From: a bacterium
GTDB lineage: Bacteria > UBA8248
Reading direction: 5' to 3'
Length of the DNA stretch: 64,000 nt
Assembly (NCBI GenBank): GCA_965213685.1
Contig: CBDBZY010000064.1
Coordinates: 1,088,001-1,152,000 of the forward strand
The notes under the pieces were generated by a model. That model had not been told where the DNA came from and searched no databases. It worked only from the letters and a program-made list of their open reading frames with translations. Positions 62,181 through 64,000 of this stretch are shown here, piece after piece (within the stretch, counting starts at the first letter, position 1; the number at the start of each line of letters is the position of its first letter). The translations under genes and the position numbers were made by a program.

Positions 62181-64000
62181 TTTTTTTGACCATAGATAAT
62201 AATATAATTTAGTGCAAGGATGAACAAAAGGACCCTGCAAGCAGGGCCCAGAAGAGAAGAACGAACCAATAGGGGAAGTAAGGCCATACACAAGGGAACC
62301 ATACAAAACAAAACATACAACCAATACACAAAGAGACAATAATTAAAAGAAAAATATACAAAGGAGGAAAAACGGTAAGACAGTTGGAAAAAGAAAAAAT
62401 AAAAATACAAAAAGGAATGTACAACAAAACTAGAACAAAAAATAGTCATAAAGCACCATCGACTGAAGGTAAATGAACAGGGCAACGACGAATCCAGAGG
62501 GCTGCATTGCCTCTCCAGAGGGCGATAGAACATCTCTGAAAAAGGTGGCGGATGGTCTCCGCAGGGGGAATCCCCAAGCACTGACCCAAGAGGCGCCCAA
62601 TGCTCGTAATGGTGCCTGCTGCCTCATCACTCCATCCCCCTAATGATTCCACCACCAGAGGGATGAAGGACACACCAACCGCACGGCAGGCTGCAGAATG
62701 AGCCATGCGTTTTCATTCAGTGCCCACCCTCAGGGCATGACCTTGCACAGTGGTAGCTCCTTCTGAGTAGAAATTACAGACACATCCAGTGCTGCAGGAT
62801 AGCCCCTCTTCCAACTTGGAAGGAAGATGTCAGCAGGACGACTGCGAGTGTTGGGAATCAAAGAAGGCACCTCTTTCCTTGGCGCAAGGGCAGCAGACTG
62901 GGCTACAGAGAAAAGTGCGTCGCGAAGAGAGTCATGCCGGTAAATCCTGTCTCCATTACCCCCACACCCCACCTGATGATCACCGAATGCGTCAGCAACT
63001 CCATGACAAACAGGGCATTTGTATCCATCCTCTGACACCTGTAGTCCCAACCAAGAGACTAAGCACAGGTGAAACTCACGGTCCTGAAGATGAAGACCAA
63101 GAGCAGTGGAAGGTACAACATTCAGCCAATCCCCAGCATGGGGAATTGACGAGGAGAGGGCCAGCGCTCTGGCACGAGAATCTGGAGCATCAGCCAAAAG
63201 AGCTGCATACTGGGCTTCATCAACAGCATGAGATAGGCAATGTTGGATGACTCAAACATTGATATCCTGAATAGAGCCCCCCACTCAGGTCTTGCAGCCA
63301 CTTGGGCCAAAGCACAGATGGCACTAGGCAGGTGTGGAGGTGCCATAGGTGAGCGATCTAGGATTCCCAAGATAAGGGGCTGAATTTGATGGAAAGATGA
63401 TATATAGGCAGCTGGAGCATGAAGAGAGGCCTTGCGAATATTGAGGCCCCCAAGGGAAGAAGGCAGGGAAGCTTTGAGCCAAGCCCAATCAGGTAGAGGA
63501 CTTCCAGCAAGATCTGAAAGAGCCTCTCGTATAAGGTCATCAAAAGCCCCCAAAGCCCGACTGATAAGACCTGGAGGACATGTACGGAGGACGTACGCAA
63601 TCTTGGGGAGGGCAAGGCAAGAATGCAGAAGAGTAGTCTCCATTTGTGAGTCCTGCAGATCACTCAACCTGTAGAGTATCTCTTGTACCTTGTTGATCCT
63701 CTTCTGGAGGGAGGCTTCACAATAGACAGCAGGGCCCATAGGGGAGCCCAACAAATCAAACCCTCCTGTAACAAGGGGGATATCACTGAGGATTGAGTGG
63801 GAGACAGGAACATCAGCCACTGCATGGAGAAGGCATTTGGATTTGTTGAGATATAGGCCATGATGAGGACCCTCAGCTTCAATAATGGCAAGAGCCACAG
63901 CAAGATCATCCAGGGAACCACACAAGGTCCCATCGTCTAAATACCAAGCATTGATGAGAAGGCCAGGGACCTCCTCCTTAATCTTCTCAACAATAGGGTG
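62180..64000 (-). mobile_element. CRE-like non-LTR retrotransposon (RT plus restriction-like endonuclease), frameshifted, continuing beyond the window
   Basis: AWYLDDGT, GLYLNKSKC, ASLPSSLGGLNI, CPVC..DAFGDHQVGC, RHDSLRD, RPADIFLP..ALDVSV, FIPLVVESLGGW and QRCSIALWRGNA; T-rich 3' UTR and short A tail near 62180. Confidence 0.9.

Overview
Eukaryotic, intron-rich, repeat-dense window, most likely from a demosponge. That assignment is inferred from the gene families, short introns, TACATGTA abundance and transposon types; it is not proven. Genes rebuilt by hand from splice sites: (1) the 5' three exons of cathepsin Z (minus, running off the window start); (2) three paralogues of an unnamed protein with a conserved N-terminal helix, a single-Cys thioredoxin-like fold and a coiled coil, two of them also carrying a SAP/HeH-like domain; (3) a cathepsin Z pseudogene head-to-head with the third paralogue; (4) an 11-exon membrane dipeptidase (peptidase M19) with an N-terminal signal-anchor; (5) an intronless rhodopsin-class GPCR. 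The rest is largely transposon debris: L2/CR1-, RTEX- and CRE-like LINEs, tRNA-derived SINEs, Penelope-type ends with minimal hammerhead motifs, and hAT-, IS3EU-, AcademH-, Tc1/mariner- and CACTA-like elements. The most unusual signals are: a ~1.2 kb non-coding element ending in a ~148-bp-arm hairpin whose arms match within each copy but differ between copies; a long-TIR element carrying a captured host gene fragment; direct evidence that TACATGTA/TACGTA motifs arise as insertions at TA sites (transposon-footprint-like); and the single-Cys thioredoxin/SAP-like gene cluster. All family assignments come from motif recognition, without database searches.
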